Shown in pieces: positions 28,970 through 37,243 of a DNA stretch of 64,000 nt (positions are counted from its first letter, which is position 1; every line of letters begins with the position of its first letter). The translations under genes were made by a program, and so were the position numbers. This stretch comes from Candidatus Latescibacterota bacterium (lineage in GTDB: Bacteria; Latescibacterota; UBA2968; UBA8231). The notes beneath the pieces were generated by a model that saw only the letters and a list, made by a program, of their open reading frames with translations, did no database searches and was not told the origin of the DNA. The DNA lies in assembly GCA_965248355.1 (NCBI GenBank), contig OZ252098.1, forward strand, positions 928,001 through 992,000, given 5' to 3'.

Positions 28970-29208
28970 AGTCCCGACCCCCAGCCGAGGTGGAGGGACT
29001 CCGCGACGAGCCCCGGCGGCATCCGCTGGTATGGGTGGTGTACCTGCTGCTGTTCGCCGGCGCCGTTCCCTGGTACTGGCCCACGGGCTACCGGGGCCCG
29101 CTCGTCCTCGGCCTGCCTCTGTGGGCCGCCGTGAGCCTGGGCGCCGTGGTGCTCATGGCCCTGTGGACGGGGTTCGTGATCCGGCGCTGGTGGCGGGAGG
29201 AGGACTGA
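28966..29208 (+). CDS. Small two-TM partner protein of sodium:solute symporter
   Basis: GTGA overlap with kinase stop; VPWYWP...P.VLGLPLW motif; abuts the SSS gene. Confidence 0.7.
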   Translation: MKSRPPAEVEGLRDEPRRHPLVWVVYLLLFAGAVPWYWPTGYRGPLVLGLPLWAAVSLGAVVLMALWTGFVIRRWWREED

Positions 29209-30672
29209 ATGGAATCCGGATCCGGCTTCGGCATCGGCGCCCTCCTTCTCATCGGCCTCTACCTGGTCATGATGATCGGCGTCGGCTGGATCGGCCGAAT
29301 GCGGCGCCAGAGCGACAGCATGGCCGACTTCTACCTGGCCGGGCGCTCCATGGGCCTGCCGGTGCTGCTGCTGACCCTGTACGCCACCCAGTACAGCGGC
29401 AACACCCTGTTCGGGTACACGGGCAAGGCCTACCGGATCGGGTTCGAGTGGACGGTTTCGGTCATGTTCATGTTCTCCATCATCGTCGGCTACCTCCTCT
29501 TCGCGCCACGGCTGGTGGTCCTGGCCCGGCGCCTGGAGTTCATCACCCCGGGCGACTACATACGGCACCGCTTCGGCTCGCCCTTCCTGACCCTGCTGGC
29601 CACCCTGCTCATGATCTACGCCCTCGGCAACTACACCCTGGCGCAACTCAAGGCGATGGGGGTGGCGGTGGAGGGGATCACCGACGGCGGCATCCCCTCG
29701 GCCTACGGCATCATCGCCCTGGCGGTGATCATGGTCGTCTACGAAACCCTCGGGGGCATGCGCTCCGTGGCCTGGACGGACGTCATCCAGGGCGTCGTCC
29801 TGCTCACCGGCTTCTCCATTCTCCTGTTCCTGGTGCCCGGGCTCGGCGGCGGCCTGACGGCGATCGTGGAGGAGCTGAGCGTGAGCGAGCCCGCCATGGT
29901 CGGGGCGCCCTCCCTGGAGATGTGCAACACCTGGATCAGCTTCGTCCTGCTCCTCGGCTGCGGCGCCGCCATCTATCCCCAGGCCATCCAGCGGCTCTAC
30001 GCCAGCCGCTCGGTGAGCGTCCTCAAGCGGTCGCTCACGATCATGGCCTTCCTGCCCCTGACGACGACCCTGATCGCCCTCCTCTGCGGCCTCACGGGGC
30101 GCGTCGTACTCCCGGGCCTGGAGGGGGTCGAGACCGATCAGGTCCTCGGCCGTCTCTGCGCTCTGATCATGGAGCAGTCCGTGGCCGGTTACTGGCTCGT
30201 GGTGGTGATCTTCGCCGCCGCCCTCGCCGCCCTCATGTCCACGGCCGACTCCGCCCTGCTGAGCATCTCCTCCATGTTCACGCGCGACATCTACCAGGTC
30301 CACCTGCGGCCCCAAGCGGCCCAGTCGGAGTTGACCCTGGTGGGCAAGATCGTCTCCTGGGTGGTGGTGGCCGTGCTCGTGGTCATCGCCATCAGCACCG
30401 AGAAGACCCTCGTGCGCCTGCTGGAGCTGAAGTTCGAGGTCCTCATCCAGATCGTGCCCTGCTTCTTCCTCGGGCTGTACTGGCGCCGGCTGCGGACCCG
30501 GGTGGTCACGGCCGGCCTGCTCACGGGCCTGGCCATCGCCCTCGGCCTGACCGCCGCCGGCGTGAGCAAGCTCTACGGCTTCCACGCCGGCGTCGTCGGT
30601 CTGGGCGCCAACTTTCTCATCTGCGCCGCCGGCTGCCTGCTGGCGCCGGCGGAAAGGGAGGACGAAGGGTGA
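29209..30672 (+). CDS. Sodium:solute symporter family transporter
   Basis: DFYLAGR, ATQYSGN, GGMRSVAWTDVIQG, AALMSTADS; about 13 TM segments. Confidence 0.93.
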   Translation: MESGSGFGIGALLLIGLYLVMMIGVGWIGRMRRQSDSMADFYLAGRSMGLPVLLLTLYATQYSGNTLFGYTGKAYRIGFEWTVSVMFMFSIIVGYLLFAPRLVVLARRLEFITPGDYIRHRFGSPFLTLLATLLMIYALGNYTLAQLKAMGVAVEGITDGGIPSAYGIIALAVIMVVYETLGGMRSVAWTDVIQGVVLLTGFSILLFLVPGLGGGLTAIVEELSVSEPAMVGAPSLEMCNTWISFVLLLGCGAAIYPQAIQRLYASRSVSVLKRSLTIMAFLPLTTTLIALLCGLTGRVVLPGLEGVETDQVLGRLCALIMEQSVAGYWLVVVIFAAALAALMSTADSALLSISSMFTRDIYQVHLRPQAAQSELTLVGKIVSWVVVAVLVVIAISTEKTLVRLLELKFEVLIQIVPCFFLGLYWRRLRTRVVTAGLLTGLAIALGLTAAGVSKLYGFHAGVVGLGANFLICAAGCLLAPAEREDEG

Positions 30673-31793
30673 AGATCACCTCCGTGGACATATGGACCGT
30701 CGTGGTGCCGACGATCCCGGGGCGGGTGCATAGCCCGGAATGGGTCCCCGAGACGGGCTGGGACCAGGTGCCCAAGCATCTCCTGCGGCTGAACACGGAC
30801 ACCGAGCTGCACGGGATCGGGGAGACGGGACGGGGTGTCCCCCTGGACCAGGTGCAGGAAGGGGCGCGGCTCCTGCTCGGCAGCGATCCCGAGAGGTTGT
30901 GTCTCCGGGACATCTACAGCGTGCCCTGCGGGCGGGTCCTCGACGGCAGCGAACGCGGAGTGCCGGCCGGGGTGCAGCAGGGCCCCGCCTACGCGGCCTT
31001 CGAGATGGCCGTCCTCGACCTGGTGGGCCGTGCCCGGCAGCTGCCCGTCCACGCCCTGCTGGGGGGCGCCGTGCGCTCCCGCGTGCGCGCCGACTACTGG
31101 ATCGGCCACCAGACCCCCGAGGACGGCAGGCGTTCGGTCGAGCGCGCCCTGCGGCTGGGGTTCCACGGGGTCAAGATCAAGTGCAAGCTGGAGGAGCCGA
31201 TGGAGGAGCGCCTGCGCGCCATGCGCGACGCGGGGGGCGTCGACTTCAAGGTCACCGTCGACCCGAACGAGCGGTTCCATACGGCGGAACAGGCGATCGA
31301 GCTGGCCCACCGGCTCGTGGCCCTGGGCAACGTCGAGGTCTTCGAGGATCCGATACCGAAGTCGGACGTGGAGGGCTACGTCCGCATCCACGAGGAGGTG
31401 GACGCGCCCATCGCCATGCACCTGGGCAGCGGAGCGGCCATGCTGAAGGCGCTGGAGGCCGGATGCGTGGACTGCTTCAACCTGGGCAGCGGCCCCGTCC
31501 GGATGCCGGATCTGGCGCAGATCTCCGAGGCCGCGGGCCTGCCCTGCTGGCACGGGTCCGGCAACGACCTGGGGATCATGGACACCTCCTATGTCCACGC
31601 CGCGGCCCTGGCCCCCGCCTGCACCATGGCCTCCGACTTCGTCGGCAGCTGGACCCGGGAGGACGACCTCATCGTCGAGCCCATCGAGTTCGTCGACGGC
31701 TACGTGGCCACACCGCAGCGGCCGGGCCTGGGGTGCGACCTGGACCTGCGGGCCCTGCCCAGGTACACCCGGGCCCACGAGGAGATCCGTTGA
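30669..31793 (+). CDS. Mandelate racemase/muconate lactonizing enzyme family protein
   Basis: MKIT.V, GIGE, EMAVLDL.GR...LPVH.LLGG.VR, KIK, VDPNE, FEDP, WHGS, PGLG. Confidence 0.88.
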   Translation: MKITSVDIWTVVVPTIPGRVHSPEWVPETGWDQVPKHLLRLNTDTELHGIGETGRGVPLDQVQEGARLLLGSDPERLCLRDIYSVPCGRVLDGSERGVPAGVQQGPAYAAFEMAVLDLVGRARQLPVHALLGGAVRSRVRADYWIGHQTPEDGRRSVERALRLGFHGVKIKCKLEEPMEERLRAMRDAGGVDFKVTVDPNERFHTAEQAIELAHRLVALGNVEVFEDPIPKSDVEGYVRIHEEVDAPIAMHLGSGAAMLKALEAGCVDCFNLGSGPVRMPDLAQISEAAGLPCWHGSGNDLGIMDTSYVHAAALAPACTMASDFVGSWTREDDLIVEPIEFVDGYVATPQRPGLGCDLDLRALPRYTRAHEEIR

Positions 31794-33544
31794 TGGATCC
31801 GCCTGCCGCGGCGCCGTCCCCCTTCACAGCCGCGGTACGGGACTGGAGGCGCTCCTTCGACGACCGCGGCTCCGCCCTTGGCCGGGATCTGCAGCAGCTC
31901 TACGGCGAGGAGTGTGAAGCCTGGCGCCGCCGATACGGGGAGGCCCTCTCGGCTTTCGTCGATCGGTATCCCGGGGGCGGGGAGGGACGCCCGGTGGTCA
32001 TCAGCCGTTGTCCCGGACAGATGAACATCATGGGCATGCACATCGACTACGGCGGCATGCCCAGCCTGCGGCTGGCCGTGCGCGGCCACGACACGGTCAC
32101 CGTGGCGGCGGCGCGCGACGACGACCGGGTGTGCCTCCACAGCATCTACCAGGGCGACCGGGGCGCCGCCCAGGTCTTCGAGCCCGTGGACTTCCGCCTG
32201 TCGGACATGGCCTCCGCCGAGCCGCTGGCCTCGCGGCAGGACCTGATGGACTACGCAGGGACGGTGTGCACCCGCCGGGAGCGGGAGACGGGAAACACCA
32301 TGGACGACCACTGGGGCATCCTGCCCCGGGGCCAGCTCGTCTACCTCGACAGCTGGCTGCGGCTGCACGGCCGCCGGCCGCGGGGCATGGACGCTCTCCT
32401 GTTCAGCAACGTCTCGCCCTCGGGAGGCATGTCCTCCTCGTCGGCCCTGGTCATCTCCACCGCCTTCGCCGTCCTCGGGCTCCACGGCCTGCGGCCGGGC
32501 CGCGACATCTCCTGGGAGGACGTCATCGACGGCGTCGGCACCTCCGAGTGGATCCGGGGCACGCGGGGCGGCACGGCCGACCACGGCGGCATGGTCCTGG
32601 GCCGCGCCGGGCGGCTGGTGAGCGTCGGCGTCTTTCCCGCCCGGGACTGCGGCTCGGCGCCGCTTCCGGAGGAGTACGTGGCCGTCCTCCTCGACAGCGG
32701 GGTGCCCCGCGTCTACGACGAGGCCGGGAAGGAGGAGACCGTCCTCGCCTACCCGTTGGGCACCTACCTGCTTCGGGACATGCTGCTGCCGGGGCGCTTC
32801 GGCACCCCCGGGTGGGAGGGCTTGGTCCCGGGGTTTCGCGAGCGGGTCGAGATGATCCGCGACCTGACGCCGGAGAACCTGGGCCTCACCACGGCCCAGC
32901 TGTGCGAGCTGCTGGCCATGGTGCCGGAGCGCACCAGCCTGGCGGAGCTCGAAGCCGGCGCCCGCCGCTCCGGCGGGGGGGAGGCGTACGCTGAGATGCA
33001 TCGGCGTGACGTGGGGGAGCGCTTTCCCCATACCCGGCCCGACTCCCCGATCCTGCTGCGGCGGCGGTTCGTCTTCGGCCTCGCCGAGCAGGACCGGGTG
33101 GCGGCCGCCGCCGACCTCCTGGCCGCCGGTGACGTGGGCACCGCTTTCGAGCTGGTTCGCCTGTCCCACGCGGGAGACCGGGATGCCGAGGTGCCCCGGG
33201 AAGAGCTGGCGTCGCTGGCCGAGACCTCGCTCCGAGGTGGTCCAAGGGCCCGCCTCGCCTTCGTGGCCGGCGGGTATGGACGCATGACGGAGGCCTACGA
33301 CCGCGTGGTGACGACCCTGAACGACTTCCTCGAGGGGTATGGGAAGGACGCCGGGGCGGTGCAGCGGCTGGGGGCCGGATGGGGCGGCAACCTGGGCGGG
33401 CTGATCTCGCGCCGGTTCCTCGCCGGCCCGGAGCGCGACGCCCTGGAGGGTGTCATCGCCGGTCTCGGTCTTCCGGCGGCCGATCTCGACCGCTCCGTGG
33501 CCACCCCGGGAGACGGCGCGTGCCTGCTGACCCTTCCCTCCTAG
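31793..33544 (+). CDS. Divergent GHMP-family (galactokinase-like) kinase
   Basis: PGQMNIMGMHIDY (GalK-like motif I), SPSGGMSSSSA ATP loop, GGTADH, LGAGWGG motif III. Confidence 0.75.
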   Translation: MDPPAAAPSPFTAAVRDWRRSFDDRGSALGRDLQQLYGEECEAWRRRYGEALSAFVDRYPGGGEGRPVVISRCPGQMNIMGMHIDYGGMPSLRLAVRGHDTVTVAAARDDDRVCLHSIYQGDRGAAQVFEPVDFRLSDMASAEPLASRQDLMDYAGTVCTRRERETGNTMDDHWGILPRGQLVYLDSWLRLHGRRPRGMDALLFSNVSPSGGMSSSSALVISTAFAVLGLHGLRPGRDISWEDVIDGVGTSEWIRGTRGGTADHGGMVLGRAGRLVSVGVFPARDCGSAPLPEEYVAVLLDSGVPRVYDEAGKEETVLAYPLGTYLLRDMLLPGRFGTPGWEGLVPGFRERVEMIRDLTPENLGLTTAQLCELLAMVPERTSLAELEAGARRSGGGEAYAEMHRRDVGERFPHTRPDSPILLRRRFVFGLAEQDRVAAAADLLAAGDVGTAFELVRLSHAGDRDAEVPREELASLAETSLRGGPRARLAFVAGGYGRMTEAYDRVVTTLNDFLEGYGKDAGAVQRLGAGWGGNLGGLISRRFLAGPERDALEGVIAGLGLPAADLDRSVATPGDGACLLTLPS

Positions 33545-34734
33545 AGGCCCCGTCCCTGCTGGAGGGCGTCCGGGTCCTCGATTTCACCCGCGTCCTGGCC
33601 GGTCCGTACGCGACCATGGTGCTGGCGGATCTCGGCGCCGAGGTGATCAAGATCGAGCTGCCCGGCGGCGGTGACGAATCGAGGAGCTTCGGTCCCTTCG
33701 TCGCCGGGGTCAGCGCCTACTATCTGAGCGTCAACCGCGGGAAGAAATCGGTCACCCTGGACCTGCGCACGCCCCGCGGCGCCCAGCTGGCCATGGACCT
33801 CGTGGAGCGGGCCGACGTTCTGGTCGAGAACTTCCGCCCCGGCACCATGGCCCGCTTCGGCCTCGACTACAAGCGGGTCTCGGCGCGCAATCCGCGCCTG
33901 GTGTACGCATCGATCTCCGGTTTCGGCCAGAGCGGACCGTACTCCCACCGGCCGGCGTACGACGTGATCGTGCAGGCCATGAGCGGCCTGGCCTCGATCA
34001 CGGGCCTGCCGGGTCAACCGCCGGTCCGCGTCGGCTCGTCGACGGCGGATCTCAGCGCGGCCCTGTTCGCCTGTGTCGGACTACTGGCGGCCCTGGGGCG
34101 GGCCCGGGAAAGCGGGCGGGGCCGGCATCTGGACGTGTCCATGCTCGATTGCCAGGTGGCCCTTCTGGAGAACGCCGTCGCCCGCTACGACGTGACCGGG
34201 CAGGTCCCGGGTCCTCTTGGATCTCGCCATCCGGCGATCACACCCTTCCAGTTCTTCGCCGCCGCCGACGGATGGGTGGTGGTGGCGGCCGGCAACGACC
34301 GCCTCTTCGCCCGACTCTGTCAAGTGCTGCAGCGGCCGGAGCTGGCCGCTGACGCTCGCTTTGCAGGCAACGCCGGGCGCACCGAGCACCACGGCGCCCT
34401 CGAGTCGGAGCTCGCGGCCATCTTCGCCAAGGGTTCGGTGGCCGAGTGGCTCGACCGCCTGGAGGAGGCCGGGGTCCCCTGCGGTCCCGTCAACGACGTG
34501 GCCGACCTGGTGCAGGATCCACAGGTCCGCTCGCGCGGGATGATCCGGCGGCAGCCCTGCGATGGGGAGACGGTGGCCGTTCCGGCCTCCCCTCTGCGGT
34601 TTGCGGGTGAGACGCCGGAGGTGGACCCGAGGCCGGCGCCGGACCTCGGTGAGCACACGGAGTCCGTCTTGCAGGAGCTGCTCGGCCTCGACGCCGGCGA
34701 GCTGGGCTCGATGCGGCAGGACGGCGTCATCTGA
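33520..34734 (+). CDS. Class III (CaiB/BaiF) CoA-transferase
   Basis: LEGVRVLDFTRVLAGP, LADLGAEVIKIE, NRGKKS, DVLVENFRPG, SGFGQ.GP, AYD...QAMSG, P.LGEHT; start by inference. Confidence 0.93.
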   Translation: MPADPSLLEAPSLLEGVRVLDFTRVLAGPYATMVLADLGAEVIKIELPGGGDESRSFGPFVAGVSAYYLSVNRGKKSVTLDLRTPRGAQLAMDLVERADVLVENFRPGTMARFGLDYKRVSARNPRLVYASISGFGQSGPYSHRPAYDVIVQAMSGLASITGLPGQPPVRVGSSTADLSAALFACVGLLAALGRARESGRGRHLDVSMLDCQVALLENAVARYDVTGQVPGPLGSRHPAITPFQFFAAADGWVVVAAGNDRLFARLCQVLQRPELAADARFAGNAGRTEHHGALESELAAIFAKGSVAEWLDRLEEAGVPCGPVNDVADLVQDPQVRSRGMIRRQPCDGETVAVPASPLRFAGETPEVDPRPAPDLGEHTESVLQELLGLDAGELGSMRQDGVI

Positions 34735-34757
34735 CCCTCCATCGAGAAAGGCATGGG

Positions 34758-35657
34758 ATGATCCCCCTGATCAGCAGTCTGTGCTGCGGCCCCATGGAGA
34801 TCTGTCAGCTCCCCCGGCTGTGGTGGAAGGCCTCGTTGAAGGCCGCCGGCCGTCTGGCCGAGGACTATCCGGAGTGCACTCACGTCCTGGACAGCATGGT
34901 CCTCGAGCGGCTCGGCCTCGATCGCCAAGCAACCCTCGAGCATATCCACTCGGCCCGGCCCGACTATCTGGCCTTCGAGGCCTGGGTCCGCGAGCAGACA
35001 GGGGGTGAACCCTCCCGGGAACTGGGCGAGGAGTGGAACGGCTTGATCCGCTCCCGGGTGCACGAGCAGTGGAAGATCGACGACATCTACTCGACACTGG
35101 GCTTCGACGGATCTGAGGGCATCACTTCAGCCGTGGTCCTCAACCACTTGGAGGACTGGCACTTCTGGCATTCCCGCGATCTGGGAGATCCGGGGCTGGC
35201 CGCCTGGGCCGGACGCACCGTGCCCCTGGTGGCAACACTCGACTACGGTCCTCTGGGTGTCTGCCAGCTGCCGCGCACCTGGCACAAGATCCTGCTGCAG
35301 GCGGCGGGCCTTCTGCACGCCGAATACCCGGGGCTGGGCGGCGGCCTCGACCGGAGGGTCGTGGTGGACGTGCTCGGTCTCGACGCCGGCCGGGTCGTCG
35401 AGCACCTGACCTTGGAAAGACCCCGCTATCTAGAATTCGAAGGCTGGGTGCGGGAACAGCTGGGAGGGCGCGACGTGAGCGGTCCGGTGGGGGAGTGGAA
35501 CGAGTTCGTGAGCAACCGGGTCCACCAGGCCGACAAGCGGGCCGACATCCACGACAACCTCGGACGTCCCGACGACGGCTCGCTCCCGGCTTCGGCCGCA
35601 GTCCTCAACCACTTGGAGGACTGGCACCTGGCCCACGGCATCTTGTGGGCTGGTTGA
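34758..35657 (+). CDS. Tandem-duplicated DUF5069-like domain protein
   Basis: Two similar ~145-aa halves (GP..CQLPR.W.K..L.AAG.L...YP.....LD..V...LGLD...P.YL.FE.WVREQ...EWN....RVH...SA.VLNHLEDWH). Confidence 0.7.
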   Translation: MIPLISSLCCGPMEICQLPRLWWKASLKAAGRLAEDYPECTHVLDSMVLERLGLDRQATLEHIHSARPDYLAFEAWVREQTGGEPSRELGEEWNGLIRSRVHEQWKIDDIYSTLGFDGSEGITSAVVLNHLEDWHFWHSRDLGDPGLAAWAGRTVPLVATLDYGPLGVCQLPRTWHKILLQAAGLLHAEYPGLGGGLDRRVVVDVLGLDAGRVVEHLTLERPRYLEFEGWVREQLGGRDVSGPVGEWNEFVSNRVHQADKRADIHDNLGRPDDGSLPASAAVLNHLEDWHLAHGILWAG

Positions 35658-35680
35658 TACGGCTGGCGCCCGGAGGACGA

Positions 35681-37243
35681 TCAGGGCTGGAAGACGAGGG
35701 CCCGCCCGGGCAGGGGCTCGCCCAGATCGGAGACCGCCACCCCGGCGTCGATGACGGGCGTGCCGTTGACGAGGACGTAGTCGATGCCCGCGGGCAGCTG
35801 TCGGGGGTCGTCGTAGGTGGCCCGGTCGGCCACCTCATCGGCGTCGAACACGACCAGATCGGCGAACCAGCCCTCCCGGACCTGCCCGCGCTCGGCACAC
35901 CCGAAACGCCGGGCCGGCCGGTCGCTGAGCTTGGCCACCGCCTCCTCGAGGCTGAACAGGCCCTGGTCGCGCACGCAGGGTCCGAGCACGCGAGGCGCCG
36001 ACCCGTACATCCTCGGGTGCACCTGGCCGTCGGGGAAGTAGATGCCGTCGGTGCCCATGACGTAGCAGTCGTGGGCGAGGAAGGGCGCGATCAGCTCGTC
36101 CTCGCCGTGGTGGAAGACCAGGAGCACGGCCAGGTTCTCCTCGATCAGCAGGTCGCACAGGGCGTCCTCGGGGGACTTGCCCACGTCGGCCACGTACTCG
36201 GACAGCAGCCGGCCGATGTAGCGCTGGTTGTCCCGTGAGGGGAGCCAGGCGATGTGCATGTTCTCCAGCCGGGTCCGGGACAGGTCCCGGGCGAACTCGC
36301 GGCGCAGCCTGCGGTGGCTCAGCTTGCCCAGCACCTGAAGGGAGCCCTCCTCCCACACCTCGTGGGGCAGGAGGAAGTTGAGCATCGTCGACCCGGGCAG
36401 GTAGGGGTAGACGTCGAAGGAGAAGCTCACCTCCTGGCGGGCGGTGCCGTCGACATACTCCAGCAGTTCCTCGATCTGCTCGGGCGTCGTGGCCTTCAGG
36501 TGGGAGATGTGGACGGGCACCCCGGCGCGGCGCCCGATCTCCACCGCCTCGGCCACCCCCTCCAGGGTCCCCTTCCGGTAGCGCACGTGGCTCACGTAGA
36601 GCCCGTGGGGAGCCATGGGCTCGCAGACTTCGGCGAGCTCGTCCACGGTGGCAAACCACTGGGGCATGTATTCGATACCCGTGGACAGGCCCACCGCTCC
36701 CTCCGCCATGCCCCGCTCCACAGCGGCCCGGATGCGCGTCATCTGGAAGTCGTCCGGCACCGCCCGGCTCCATCCGGCGGCCATGGCGCGCACGTTGCCG
36801 TACGGCAGGTGGGCGATGGCGTTCTGCGCGGTGCGCCGGTGCAGGCCGGCCATGTAGTCGCCCAGGGAGCGCCAGCCGTCGTACTCCTCGAAGAGCAGCC
36901 CGTTCAGGGCGCGCAGGTAGTGGATCCACTCCGGCGCCGTGTCCTCGTCGACGGGCGCGTAGGAGATCCCGTCGGCCATGATGACCTCGGTGGTGAAGCC
37001 CTGGGCGGTCTTCGGGACCAGGTGGGGGATCTTGCGCAGCCAGGCGTCCGAGTGGTTGTGGACGTCGACGAATCCGGGGGTCACGATGCGGTTCGAGGCA
37101 TCGATCCGCCGGCCCGCCTCGGCGCTGGAGAGATCCTCGGCGACCGCCTCCACCCGCTCTCCGCGCAGGCCCACGTCGGCGCGCTTCCGCGGCGCCCCGG
37201 TGCCGTCGATGACGGTGCCGCCGGCGATGACGATATCGAACAT
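35681..37243 (-). CDS. N-acyl-D-amino-acid deacylase (D-aminoacylase) family amidohydrolase
   Basis: MFDIVI.GG.VIDGTG, PGFVDVHNHSD, GLSTG.EY, HISHLK, GTDG, HPR.YG, ADLVVFD, VLVNG. Confidence 0.9.
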   Translation of the reverse strand: MFDIVIAGGTVIDGTGAPRKRADVGLRGERVEAVAEDLSSAEAGRRIDASNRIVTPGFVDVHNHSDAWLRKIPHLVPKTAQGFTTEVIMADGISYAPVDEDTAPEWIHYLRALNGLLFEEYDGWRSLGDYMAGLHRRTAQNAIAHLPYGNVRAMAAGWSRAVPDDFQMTRIRAAVERGMAEGAVGLSTGIEYMPQWFATVDELAEVCEPMAPHGLYVSHVRYRKGTLEGVAEAVEIGRRAGVPVHISHLKATTPEQIEELLEYVDGTARQEVSFSFDVYPYLPGSTMLNFLLPHEVWEEGSLQVLGKLSHRRLRREFARDLSRTRLENMHIAWLPSRDNQRYIGRLLSEYVADVGKSPEDALCDLLIEENLAVLLVFHHGEDELIAPFLAHDCYVMGTDGIYFPDGQVHPRMYGSAPRVLGPCVRDQGLFSLEEAVAKLSDRPARRFGCAERGQVREGWFADLVVFDADEVADRATYDDPRQLPAGIDYVLVNGTPVIDAGVAVSDLGEPLPGRALVFQP

